64,000 bases of DNA from a bacterium (GTDB taxonomy: Bacteria; UBA8248): positions 992,001-1,056,000 of the forward strand of contig OZ241326.1 in the NCBI GenBank assembly GCA_965199855.1, in the 5' to 3' direction. Of the stretch, positions 35,826 to 45,149 are shown in pieces. Under the pieces are notes generated by a model. It had not been told where the DNA came from. It saw only the letters and a program-made list of their open reading frames with translations, and ran no database searches. The translations under genes and the position numbers were made by a program. The stretch's first letter is position 1; every line of letters begins with the position of its first letter.

Positions 35826-36374
35826 ATGCGGATAACCGAGGCGGCGGCGGAGAAAGTCAAGGAAATCATGGAGCAGAACGGCGGCGGCTTCGCCGGAATC
35901 CTCATCAGCTTCGAGGGCGGCTACAAGCTCGACCTGGTGCGGGAGGAGGACGCGGCGCAATACGCCCGGGTGGAGAATCCCCTGCTGGGCGTGTTCGCCC
36001 CGCCCGAGCATCTGCCGAGGGCGGAGGCCGCCCAGATCGAGTTCGTGACCGAGGGCCCCACGAGCGGGTTCAAGGTGACGCGCGAGATGTCGGACGGCGA
36101 CTCTTCCCTCCTGGAGCGGATTCAGGAGATCATCGACACGGAGATCAACCCGGCCGTCGCCTCCCACGGCGGCGTCATCAACCTGCTGGACGTGGAGGAG
36201 AAGCGCGTGTTCGTGCAGATGGGCGGGGGCTGCGCGGGCTGCGGCATGGCGGACGTGACGCTCAAGTCCGGCGTCGAGGCGCGCCTCCAGCAGCTCGACC
36301 CCGAAATTCGGGTGGTGGACACCACCGACCACGCATCCGGCACGAACCCCTATTACGCGCCGACGAGGAAGTAG
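35826..36374 (+). CDS. nfuA: NfuA-like Fe-S carrier
   Basis: Degenerate A-type N-domain (MRITEAAAEKV) plus Nfu domain INPAVASHGG, GGCAGC, DTTDHASGTNPYY. Confidence 0.85.
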   Translation: MRITEAAAEKVKEIMEQNGGGFAGILISFEGGYKLDLVREEDAAQYARVENPLLGVFAPPEHLPRAEAAQIEFVTEGPTSGFKVTREMSDGDSSLLERIQEIIDTEINPAVASHGGVINLLDVEEKRVFVQMGGGCAGCGMADVTLKSGVEARLQQLDPEIRVVDTTDHASGTNPYYAPTRK

Positions 36375-36406
36375 GGGCGTTTCACTTGCGCGAGCCTCCA
36401 AGTTGA

Positions 36407-37225
36407 ATGGTCAAAAAAAGGGGCATAAGTGACAGTTTGCGAGTTCTCGGTGTCGATTTAGCATCAAGAAGCTGGTCTGATAACGGCTCAGCGGTCCTTA
36501 CGTTCCAAAGTTCACCCCAGCCACAGTGGTTGTCCCTCGAATATGGATGTATTCGTTGGCCAGCCTCTGCCGTGACGGCTACCGCCATGGCCGAGGTCAT
36601 TCATTCTTATGTTACGGAAAAGCGACTCGACGCGGTTAGCCTTGATGGGCCCCAGGGGTGGCGAGAACCAAACGCTGGATCTCGACCAGGGGTTGGCCGA
36701 TGGTGTGAATACCTTTGCAAATGTCAAGGTAAAATGGGTGAATATGGCAAAATATACCCACGCAGCTACGGGACTTGGATACAGTTTTGTCTTGATGTTT
36801 TTGAGACGCTGCTAGAAAAAGGAGACGCCCGGTTGGTTAATGATGCCGATGTGAAAACCTTGGAGCTATTGAACGGACGCGGGTATTGGTTGCTGGAATG
36901 TTTCCCTACATCTATTTGGAAAACCAGCGGATTGAAGCCCTTGCCTGGAAAAAAGAAGCTCGCCGGAAATCCTCATGAAGTTTTCTCTTATGCAAGAGAC
37001 CTGAAACAGTCCTACAACTTGCCGAACCTTGAAGACTGGAAAGGGACGCATGACGATCTGCAAGCAGTTGTGGCTGCGTTGCCAGCCGCCGGTTTGCTAG
37101 GGGGGCCTTGTCGTCCGTTGCCGAAGGGGAAGCCCGGCAGATTCGTGGATATGTATGCGGATATCCCGCGGCATTGGGTCGAAGGTATCATTTGGGATAG
37201 TGAGCCGCTCAATAAAATAGATTGA
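36407..37225 (+). CDS. DUF429-like predicted RNase H-fold nuclease, low GC
   Basis: GVDLA, SLDGPQGW, ECFPT, HDDLQAVVAA acidic motifs; composition differs from the flanks. Confidence 0.65.
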   Translation: MVKKRGISDSLRVLGVDLASRSWSDNGSAVLTFQSSPQPQWLSLEYGCIRWPASAVTATAMAEVIHSYVTEKRLDAVSLDGPQGWREPNAGSRPGVGRWCEYLCKCQGKMGEYGKIYPRSYGTWIQFCLDVFETLLEKGDARLVNDADVKTLELLNGRGYWLLECFPTSIWKTSGLKPLPGKKKLAGNPHEVFSYARDLKQSYNLPNLEDWKGTHDDLQAVVAALPAAGLLGGPCRPLPKGKPGRFVDMYADIPRHWVEGIIWDSEPLNKID

Positions 37226-37229
37226 TTTT

Positions 37230-37253
37230 GATGGATTCTTTATAGAATCCATC
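37230..37253. terminator. Hairpin between convergent genes (possible bidirectional terminator)
   Basis: gatggattct-ttat-agaatccatc, perfect 10-bp stem, T-rich downstream. Confidence 0.55.
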
Positions 37254-37276
37254 CGGTTTGTTTATTGTTATTAAAG

Positions 37277-38536
37277 CTATTCATCGGGCCCGAAATCGAA
37301 CGCGAGTTTTCCGTGCGCGGCGCGCAGGGCGGCCTCCGCCTCCTCGGGCCGCCGCCCCTTGGCGAAGATGAAGCCGAGATACCTGTCCCCCTCCGGCAGG
37401 GGCGTCACGCGGCCGCCGACGCGGATGGAGATCTCGATTCTCTCTACGCCGGGGACGGCGAGCGCCTCCGCCTCGCCGCGGACGCCCCTCAAAACGCCCC
37501 CGGCGGGAATGGGAATCATCATCACGCCCGAGGCGGCCTCCTCCCGCTCCAGGGAGGGCGGCGCGACGCCCAGCGCCTGGGACAATATGAGATGCTCGAG
37601 CGCGAGGCCGCCTCCGAATGAGAGGGCGCCCGAGCATTTCCCGCCGATGGATCGGCTCGCGGCGTCGATCACCCATACCTCGCCCGCGTCGTCGATTCGC
37701 AGCTCGGCGTGAAGCGGGCCCTCCCGCAGGCGAATCGCCCGGGCGGCGCGAACCGTCTCTTTGCGGATTTTGGCCTGCGTCTCATCGGGCAGCCGCGAGG
37801 GCGTGACGTAAATCGTTTCCTCAAAGAAGGGCCCCTCGAGCGGATCGGGCTTGTCGAAGATGGCGAGAACGTGAACCTCGCCCCGTATGACGAGTCCCTC
37901 CACCGCCGCCTCGACGCCCGGCAGGTAATCCTCCACCAGAATCATCCGCGCCTCCTCCCCGCCCCGGGCGAGGGTCTCCGGCTCCTCCAGGATGGCGGCG
38001 ACGCGGCGGTAGGCCTGGGCGAACTCCGCCTCGTCGTTCGCGCGAATCACGCCCCGGCTGGCCGAGAGAAACGTGGGCTTGAGCACGCAGGGGTAGCGGA
38101 CGGACGCCGCGATTCTCTCCGGCGCCTCCTGGGCGGAGACGAGACGGAAGGCGGGCGAGGGGAGGCCCTCCTCGGCGAGCGTTTTTCTGAGCTCGTATTT
38201 GCTTCTCGTGGCGCGGGCGGCCTCGACGGGGTGAAAGGGCAGGCCGAGCGACTCCGCCGCCATGGCCCCCAGGATGAGGGCGTCGTCGTCCACCGGCGCG
38301 ATAGCGTGGAGGGGAAACGACTTTGCGAACGATTCGATGAGGGCGGCGCCCGCCTCGGGGCGCGCGTAGTCCAGGGCGAGGGCGGCGCCCGTGTTCAGGT
38401 CGGCGAGAACATCCGGCCTGTCGGTTCCCACCGTAAGGAGCAACCCCATCTCCTCGGCCGCCGTCACGTAGGCGGAGGCGCGGTAGGTCGCCGTCGTCAT
38501 CAGGAGGAGGACGCGCTTCGCTTCCTCAGGCGGCAT
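37277..38536 (-). CDS. ATP-grasp domain protein
   Basis: YPCVLKPTFLSASRGVIR, VEDYLPGVEAAVEG, IFDKPDPLEGPFFEETIYVTPS, GDRYLGF. Confidence 0.9.
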   Translation of the reverse strand: MPPEEAKRVLLLMTTATYRASAYVTAAEEMGLLLTVGTDRPDVLADLNTGAALALDYARPEAGAALIESFAKSFPLHAIAPVDDDALILGAMAAESLGLPFHPVEAARATRSKYELRKTLAEEGLPSPAFRLVSAQEAPERIAASVRYPCVLKPTFLSASRGVIRANDEAEFAQAYRRVAAILEEPETLARGGEEARMILVEDYLPGVEAAVEGLVIRGEVHVLAIFDKPDPLEGPFFEETIYVTPSRLPDETQAKIRKETVRAARAIRLREGPLHAELRIDDAGEVWVIDAASRSIGGKCSGALSFGGGLALEHLILSQALGVAPPSLEREEAASGVMMIPIPAGGVLRGVRGEAEALAVPGVERIEISIRVGGRVTPLPEGDRYLGFIFAKGRRPEEAEAALRAAHGKLAFDFGPDE

Positions 38537-39305
38537 ACCATCCGCCGTCCACGAGGAGCGACGCGCCGGTGACCAGGCTGCTGGCGCTCGAGGCGAGGAA
38601 TATGGCCGGGCCGACGATCTCCTCCATCCGCCCGAAGCGCCCCATAGGCGTTCTCGCGCAGATGGCGTCGTGGATGAGCGCGTCCTCCTTGAGGGCGGCG
38701 GTGAGCGGCGTTTCGATGAAGGTGGGGCAGATGGCGTTCACCTGGATGTTCTCCTTCGCCCACTCGGAGGCGAACACGCGGGTGAGGCCGATGAGGCCGC
38801 TTTTCGAGGACGTGTAGGGCCCGTAGGTCTGCCCCCGGGGGTTTCGGAAGACCGACCAGCCCATGAGCGAGGCGACGTTGATCACCTTGCCGCCGCCCGC
38901 CTTCTTCATCTCCTCGCCCGCGCGCCGCGTGACGAAGAAGATGCTCTTGAGGTTCAGGTCGAGCACCCTGTCCCAGTCGTCCTCGGTCAGATCGGCGAGC
39001 GTCTTGCGCACGTTCGTGCCCGCGTTGTTCACCAGGATGGTGAGTCCGCCCAGCGCGTCCGCCGCCTCCTCCACCATGCGCTCGGCGTCCTCCGCCTCGG
39101 TCACGTCCGCCTGGATGAGCGCGCACTTGCGGCCCGCCTTCTCGATGGCCGCCTTCGCCTCCCCGGCGGGGGCGAGGTCGATGTCAGCGACGGCGACGTC
39201 CGCGCCGGCGGCGGCGAGACCCTCGGCCAGCGTTCGCCCGATGCCGCGCGCCGCGCCCGTGACGAGCGCCTTGCCCCCGCTCAGATCGAAAAGAGATTGG
39301 CTCAT
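38526..39305 (-). CDS. SDR oxidoreductase (gluconate 5-dehydrogenase-like)
   Basis: TGAARGIG, NNAG, YTSSK, NAICP, VDGGW. Confidence 0.93.
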   Translation of the reverse strand: MSQSLFDLSGGKALVTGAARGIGRTLAEGLAAAGADVAVADIDLAPAGEAKAAIEKAGRKCALIQADVTEAEDAERMVEEAADALGGLTILVNNAGTNVRKTLADLTEDDWDRVLDLNLKSIFFVTRRAGEEMKKAGGGKVINVASLMGWSVFRNPRGQTYGPYTSSKSGLIGLTRVFASEWAKENIQVNAICPTFIETPLTAALKEDALIHDAICARTPMGRFGRMEEIVGPAIFLASSASSLVTGASLLVDGGWYAA

Positions 39306-39490
39306 GCGTGGATTCTCCTTGGCTGGAATACAGGGTCCTCCCGATTCTCTCCGCGCGGGCGTCTTCGGTCAACGGGAGCGGGCGATCTCGCTTGCCTTTC
39401 GGGGCGAGTGTGGTAAGCAGTGGGAAACGCTTCTCTCTTTTTTCGCCTGTCCCGCGCGGGGGCGGTCGCGGCTCGCATGGGCGAGGGTGA

Positions 39491-41143
39491 ATGATGGCGG
39501 AAGCCCGGAAAAACGGCGCGGGAAAAGAGCGTCCCCTCCGCCCGGCGGCCTACAATTCGGGCAAGCCGGTGCCGGTGGTCTATGGGCCGGACGCCCCGGA
39601 CGCGGCCTATCGGGAGAAGCTCGGCGCGCCGGGAGAATACCCCTACACGCGCGGCATCTACCCCACCATGTATCGCGGCTCCCTGTGGGCGATGCGGCAG
39701 TATGCGGGCTTTTCCACTTCGGCGGACACCAACGCGCGCTTCCGCTTTCTGCTCGAAAACGGCCAGACGGGCCTCTCGATGGCCTACGACCTCCCCACCC
39801 AGCTGGGTCTCGACTCCGACGACGAGGCGGCCCGGGACGACGCGGGACGCCTGGGGGTCGCCGTGGACACCGCCGAGGACATGGCCGCCGTCTTCGAGGG
39901 CATTCCGCTGGACCGGGTGAGCGTCTCGCACACCATCAACTCCACCGCCGCCGTCATGGCGGCGTTCTGGCTGCTCGCCGCCGAGGCGCAGGGAGTCGCG
40001 CGGGAGAAGCTGCGCGGAACCTTTCAGAACGACATGCTCAAGGAATACATCGGCAGAGGAACCTGGATATTCCCGCCCCGCCCCTCCATGCGGCTCGTGG
40101 CCGACCTCATCGAATACAACGCGAGGCATTGCCCGCGCGTCAACGCCGTCAGCGTGTCCGCCACCCACATCGCCGAGACGGGCGCCACCCTCGCCCAGGA
40201 CGTGGCCTTTCCCCTCCTGAACGCCCTGGCCTACATCCGCGAGCTCGCCGCGCGCGGCCTCCACGTGGACGACTTCGTCCCCACCATGTCGTTCCATCTC
40301 TCCGTGGGGGGCGGGGTGGGGCCGTTCAACCTCTTCGAGTCGATCGGCAAGCTGCGGGCGGCGCGGCGCATCTGGGCGCGGACGATGAAGGAGAAATACG
40401 GCGCGAAGAATCCAAAGACCATGCAGCTCAGATTCTCGACGGGCAACTGCGGCAGCCGCATGGCGGCGCGCGAGCCGCTGAACAACATCGTGCGCCAGAC
40501 GCTCTTCACCTTGGCCGCCGTGCTGGGAGGCACGCGCTCGGTCAACATGGCCTGCTTCGACGAGGCGTTCGAGATTCCCTCGGAGGAGTCCATCCGCACG
40601 GCGCTGCGCATCCAGCAGGTGATCGCCCACGAGAGCGGCGTGGCCGACACCGTGGATCCCCTGGCGGGCAGCTACGCCCTGGAGTCGGTGACGGATCAGG
40701 TGGAGGAGGAGATTCAGGCCATCGTGGACGACTACGAGTCTCGCGGCGGCATCGTTCCCTTCATCGAGAGCGGCGAGATTCAGAGGCTTCTGGCGCGCCA
40801 GGCCTATGAGCACCAGCGCAGGATAGCGTCCGGCGAGCAGGCGTGGGTGGGCGTCAACAAATTCGCCTCCGGGGAGGACGACCGCATGAGCGAGGGCGAG
40901 GGTCTCCACGAGGCGGACGCTTCCGTCCTGGAGCGGCAGAGGGCGCGGCTGGAGGAGGCGAAGGCCGCCCGCGACCCGGCGGAGGTCGAGGCGCGGCTCG
41001 AAAAGCTGCGGCGGGCGTGCGAATCGGGCGAGAACCTGATGCCCGTCTTGATCGAGGCCGCCCGCGCGCGCCTCACGGTGGGCGAGATGACGGACGTGAT
41101 GCGCGGCGTCTTCGGCGCCTACGCCGAGCCGTCGGTGGTTTGA
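39491..41143 (+). CDS. B12-dependent acyl-CoA mutase, substrate-binding large subunit (methylmalonyl-CoA mutase family)
   Basis: PGEYPYTRGIYPTMY, MRQYAGF, GLSMAYDLPTQLG, QNDMLKE, KLRAARRIW, DTVDPLAGSY. Confidence 0.93.
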   Translation: MMAEARKNGAGKERPLRPAAYNSGKPVPVVYGPDAPDAAYREKLGAPGEYPYTRGIYPTMYRGSLWAMRQYAGFSTSADTNARFRFLLENGQTGLSMAYDLPTQLGLDSDDEAARDDAGRLGVAVDTAEDMAAVFEGIPLDRVSVSHTINSTAAVMAAFWLLAAEAQGVAREKLRGTFQNDMLKEYIGRGTWIFPPRPSMRLVADLIEYNARHCPRVNAVSVSATHIAETGATLAQDVAFPLLNALAYIRELAARGLHVDDFVPTMSFHLSVGGGVGPFNLFESIGKLRAARRIWARTMKEKYGAKNPKTMQLRFSTGNCGSRMAAREPLNNIVRQTLFTLAAVLGGTRSVNMACFDEAFEIPSEESIRTALRIQQVIAHESGVADTVDPLAGSYALESVTDQVEEEIQAIVDDYESRGGIVPFIESGEIQRLLARQAYEHQRRIASGEQAWVGVNKFASGEDDRMSEGEGLHEADASVLERQRARLEEAKAARDPAEVEARLEKLRRACESGENLMPVLIEAARARLTVGEMTDVMRGVFGAYAEPSVV

Positions 41144-41173
41144 CGGGGAGCGCGGCGGGGACGGGAGCCTGCG

Positions 41174-41599
41174 ATGAAGAGCGGAAGACGCATCCGCGTG
41201 CTGATGGCGAAGCCGGGCCTGGACGGGCACGACAGGGGGGTGAAGGTCGTCATCCACGCGCTCAGGGACGCCGGCATGGAGGTGATCTACTCGGGCCTCA
41301 GGCAGACGGTGGAGCAGATCGCGGCCGTCGCGGCCCAGGAGAACGTGGACGTGATAGGTCTGAGCGTGCTCTCGGGCTCCTACATGGGAATCGCGCGCAG
41401 GATGGCGGAGCGGATGCGGGAGGCGGGCCTCGAGGACTGCCTTCTCATTTTGGGCGGCAACATTCTGGCGCGCCACGTGGAGGAGCTCAGGGTCCTGGGC
41501 GTGGCCGAGGTTTTCAACCACCACGCGGACATGGCGGAGGTCGTCTCATACATCCGCGAGAACGCGGGCCGCGCCCGGGGGCGCCCCCCCGCCTTTTGA
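41174..41599 (+). CDS. Cobalamin-binding small subunit of the acyl-CoA mutase
   Basis: KPGLDGHDRG (DxHxxG), GLSVLSG, GG. Confidence 0.94.
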   Translation: MKSGRRIRVLMAKPGLDGHDRGVKVVIHALRDAGMEVIYSGLRQTVEQIAAVAAQENVDVIGLSVLSGSYMGIARRMAERMREAGLEDCLLILGGNILARHVEELRVLGVAEVFNHHADMAEVVSYIRENAGRARGRPPAF

Positions 41600-41610
41600 A
41601 GGGGGAGATT

Positions 41611-42804
41611 TTGGAAAAACCGCTCGAGGGCGTCCGCATCCTCGACCTTTCCGCCCTGCTCGCCGGCCCCTACGGCAGCATGGTGCTGGCCGATCTGGGC
41701 GCGGACGTCATCAAGATAGAAGCGCCGGGGCGGGGCGACCTCGTCCGCACCATGCCCCCGCACTACGTGGGGGAGACGAGCGCCTACTTCATCGCCCTGA
41801 ACAGGAACAAGCGGGGCGTGTCCCTGAACCTGAAGGACGAAGAGGGCTATCGCGTCTTCCGCGAGCTGGTGAGGCGCTCGGACGTCGTCTACGACAACTA
41901 CCGCCCCGGCGTTCTCGAGCGGCTGGGGGCGGACTACGAGACGCTCAGGCGGGCGAACCCCCGCATCATCAGCGCTTCCGTCACCGGCTACGGACTCACC
42001 GGCCCGCAGAAGGACAAGCCCGCCCTCGACCTCATCATCCAGGGGCGCGGCGGCATCATGAGCTTCACCGGCGAGCCGGGCAGGCCGCCCGTGCGCCTGG
42101 GCGCGCCCATGGGGGACATCGGCGGCGGCCTGTTCGCCGCCCACGGGATTCTCGCGGCGCTCTACAGGCGCGAGCGGACGGGCGTCGGCCAGAAGGTGGA
42201 CGTCTCGCTCCTGGACTGCCAGCTGTATCTCTCCAGCTACCGCGCGCAGTATTATCTGACGGCGGGCGAGGTGGCGAAGCCCATGGGCACGGGCCACGCC
42301 TCCGCCGTTCCCATCGGCGCGTATCGATGCGGCGACGGCAGATGGCTCGTGCTCGACGCGATTCTGGATCATTTCTTCCAGGGCCTCTGCGACGCTCTGG
42401 ATCATCCCGAATGGAAGGACGACCCCCGGATGAAGGATCGCCCGGCGCGCCTCGAGAACCGCGAATACGTGGACGCGAAGCTCGCCGAGGCGTTCGGGAC
42501 GGACTCCGCGGCGCGCTGGATAGAGAAAATCGAGGCGCGCGGCGTTCCCTGCGGGCCGATTCAGGGCATCGACGAGGCGCTGAACGACCCCCAGACGCGG
42601 GCGCGCGAGATGGTGGTGGAGATGGCGCACCCCGAGCTCGGCGCGATGGAGACCTTCAACACGCCGGTCAAGATGGAGGGCACCTGGGGGGCGGCTCCCT
42701 CGCCGCCTCCCCTCATGGGCGAGCACACCGCGGAGGTGCTCCGGGAGACGCTTGACCTGAATGATGAGGACATCGCGCGGCTCAAAGAGCGCGGGGCGAT
42801 TTGA
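41611..42804 (+). CDS. Class III CoA-transferase
   Basis: LGADVIKIE, NRNKRG, DNYRPG, PMGDIGGG (catalytic Asp), GEHT. Confidence 0.93.
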   Translation: MEKPLEGVRILDLSALLAGPYGSMVLADLGADVIKIEAPGRGDLVRTMPPHYVGETSAYFIALNRNKRGVSLNLKDEEGYRVFRELVRRSDVVYDNYRPGVLERLGADYETLRRANPRIISASVTGYGLTGPQKDKPALDLIIQGRGGIMSFTGEPGRPPVRLGAPMGDIGGGLFAAHGILAALYRRERTGVGQKVDVSLLDCQLYLSSYRAQYYLTAGEVAKPMGTGHASAVPIGAYRCGDGRWLVLDAILDHFFQGLCDALDHPEWKDDPRMKDRPARLENREYVDAKLAEAFGTDSAARWIEKIEARGVPCGPIQGIDEALNDPQTRAREMVVEMAHPELGAMETFNTPVKMEGTWGAAPSPPPLMGEHTAEVLRETLDLNDEDIARLKERGAI

Positions 42805-43601
42805 GGGGCGTCGTGTTCCGGGACAGGAAGGCTTTCGTGTTCGACCTGGAAGGGGTGTTCTTCGCCGGAGGCGAGGTGATGCCCGGCGGCCGGGAGCTGA
42901 TGCGCGCCCTCAAGGAAAGAGACCTTCCACGACGCTTCATCACGAACATCAGCCGCAGCACGGCGGCCGAGGTTCGCGCCCACATGGCGGGGCTCGGCGT
43001 TGACCCTGGCGAGAACCTCATCGTGAGCGCGCTCGACCGCGTCGGGGCTTTTTTGAGAAAGACCTGCGGGTCGGGCCGCGCCTACGTGCTGGGGACGGAC
43101 GCGCTCAAGAGCGCCGCCGCCTCGGGCGGCTTCGAGGCGGTGGGCGAGGACGAGGCGGAGAGCGCCGACGTCGTCCTGGTCGGCCTGGACGAGCGCCTCA
43201 CCTACCGCACGCTGAGCGCAGCCGCCCGGGCGGTGAGCCGAGGGGCGCGCTTCGTCGCCATGAACCCCGACGTGCGCCTGCCGCGCGAGGACGGCTCGTT
43301 CTCCCTCGGCGGCGGCGCCATCGTGGCGGCCGTGCGTGCGGCGGCGGGCAGGGAGCCTGTGTTCTTCGGGAAGCCCGAGCCCTTTCTGTTCGAGGAGGCG
43401 CTGGCGGAGCTGGGCGTGGAGGGGCGCGAGGCCGTCATGGTGGGCGACAACCTGAGAACCGACATCGCGGGCGGCAGAGACATGGGAATGGCCACCGTCT
43501 GGGTGAACCGCTGGGGAGCGATAGCGGGAGATCCGGACGCGCCGGCGGATCTCGAGGTGAAGCGGGTCGATGAACTGATTCCGCATCTGCCGGGCGGATG
43601 A
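42801..43601 (+). CDS. HAD-IIA hydrolase (NagD-like)
   Basis: FDLEGV, FITN, NPD, GKPE, VGDNLRTDIAGG. Confidence 0.88.
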   Translation: MRGVVFRDRKAFVFDLEGVFFAGGEVMPGGRELMRALKERDLPRRFITNISRSTAAEVRAHMAGLGVDPGENLIVSALDRVGAFLRKTCGSGRAYVLGTDALKSAAASGGFEAVGEDEAESADVVLVGLDERLTYRTLSAAARAVSRGARFVAMNPDVRLPREDGSFSLGGGAIVAAVRAAAGREPVFFGKPEPFLFEEALAELGVEGREAVMVGDNLRTDIAGGRDMGMATVWVNRWGAIAGDPDAPADLEVKRVDELIPHLPGG

Positions 43602-43623
43602 CGGCGCGGGAGAGAGAAGAGGC

Positions 43624-43883
43624 GTGGAGCGGATTCCGCATGAAGTGAGGGACAGGCTGGCCTCCATCACGCTGGCCAGGCCGGAAAAGAAAACGCGATC
43701 AACCGAGGGATGACCGCGCGCGCTTCCGCGCTTTTCGCCGAAGTCGAGCGCGACCCCGAGGCTTGGGGCTGTCTCATCACGGGCGCAGGGGACGTGATTG
43801 TGAAGCGTCTCCTCAATGCCGGGGACGCCGCCAAGGGCGTCCGGGCGTTCAAGGAGAGGAGTCCGCCCCGCTTCCAGGGCAGG
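43624..43883 (+). pseudogene. Enoyl-CoA hydratase/crotonase remnant (frameshift plus large internal deletion)
   Basis: EVRDRLASITLARPEKK[-1]NAINRGM...ERDPEAWGCLITGAGD joined directly to the C-terminal DAAKGVRAFKERSPPRFQGR. Confidence 0.75.
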
Positions 43884-43937
43884 CCAGGATGCTTCCGTCC
43901 TCCCCCGCTCCATCCATTTCCGGCAAAGGAGACCCCG

Positions 43938-45098
43938 GTGAATTTCGACCTCACGGATTCCCAGAAGCGGATTCAGCAGAAGGCTCGCGAGGTCGCCGCG
44001 CGAGAGATAGCGCCCAAGGCGGCGCTTTGGGATCGCACCGAAGAATACCCTTGGGAGAACGTCCGAATCCTCGCGGAGGCGGGCTTCATGGGCATGAACG
44101 TTCCCGGGGAATATGGCGGGCCGGAGCGTCCGCTCATCGAGGCCGTCCTGGTGGTCGAGGAGATGGCGAAGGTCTGCGGCATCACGGGGCGCATCGTTGT
44201 GGACGCCAATATGGGGGTGGTGGGGGCCATCGTCCGCTACGGAACCGAGGCGCAGAAGAGGAAGTATCTGCCCATGGTGATCGAAGGGGACAAGCCCGCC
44301 ATCGCCATCACCGAACCCGAGGCGGGGAGCGCCGCCACCGACATGACGACGCGCGCCGCGCTCGACGGCGGCGAATACGTCCTGAACGGAAGGAAGAAGT
44401 GGATCACCGGCGCGGGCGTCTCCCGCGTCAACCTCGTGTTCGCCCGCGTCGTCCATGGAGGAGAGGAGCAGGGAATCGGCGCTCTCATCGTAGAGCTGGG
44501 CGCCGAGGGCTTCCGCGTCGGGGAGCGCGCCTGGATGATGGGCTTGAGGGGAATCCCCGAAGGGGAGGAAATTTTCGAGAACTGCCGCGTGCCCGCGGAA
44601 AACCTGGTGACGGTGGGCTTCGGGCGCCTCATGGCCGCCTACAACGCCCAGCGGGTGGGCGCGGGGACGGTGGCTTTAGGCATCGCCGAGGGCGCCTTCG
44701 CGCAGGCGGTGGCGTACGCCGGCGAGCGCGAGCAGTTCGGCCGCCCGATTGCGGAGTTTCAGGGGCTTCAGTGGATGCTGGCGGACGCGCGCATCCAGCT
44801 CGACGCCGCGCGGCTCCTGCTCCATCGCGCGGCGGTTCGGCAGGACCCGAAAACGGGGTTTCCCGACGTGAGCCTGGCCGCCATCGCCAAGACGTTCTCG
44901 GCGGAGGCCGCGATCCGGGTGACGAACGACGCCCTCCAGATTTTCGGCGCGGCGGGCTACGCGCGCGATCTGCCGCTCGAGCGCATGGCGCGCGACGCGC
45001 GGATGTTCACCATCGGCGGCGGCACCACCCAGGCGCAACGCAACGTCATCGCCTCGGGCATCTTCGGCAGAAAATTCTCGCAGCGCCGCGGCGGGTAG
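43938..45098 (+). CDS. Acyl-CoA dehydrogenase-fold protein, 3-sulfinopropionyl-CoA desulfinase (AcdA)-like
   Basis: AAGGAG RBS plus GTG; GRIVVDANMG, GDKPAIAITEPEAGSAA, MGLRGIPE, AYNAQRVGAG, RMFTIGGGT; both usual catalytic Glu positions are absent. Confidence 0.8.
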   Translation: MNFDLTDSQKRIQQKAREVAAREIAPKAALWDRTEEYPWENVRILAEAGFMGMNVPGEYGGPERPLIEAVLVVEEMAKVCGITGRIVVDANMGVVGAIVRYGTEAQKRKYLPMVIEGDKPAIAITEPEAGSAATDMTTRAALDGGEYVLNGRKKWITGAGVSRVNLVFARVVHGGEEQGIGALIVELGAEGFRVGERAWMMGLRGIPEGEEIFENCRVPAENLVTVGFGRLMAAYNAQRVGAGTVALGIAEGAFAQAVAYAGEREQFGRPIAEFQGLQWMLADARIQLDAARLLLHRAAVRQDPKTGFPDVSLAAIAKTFSAEAAIRVTNDALQIFGAAGYARDLPLERMARDARMFTIGGGTTQAQRNVIASGIFGRKFSQRRGG

Positions 45099-45149
45099 GC
45101 GTCCCTTCGGAGCGCCTTCTTTCTGGGGCGGAGCGGCGGGCGGCGGCCT

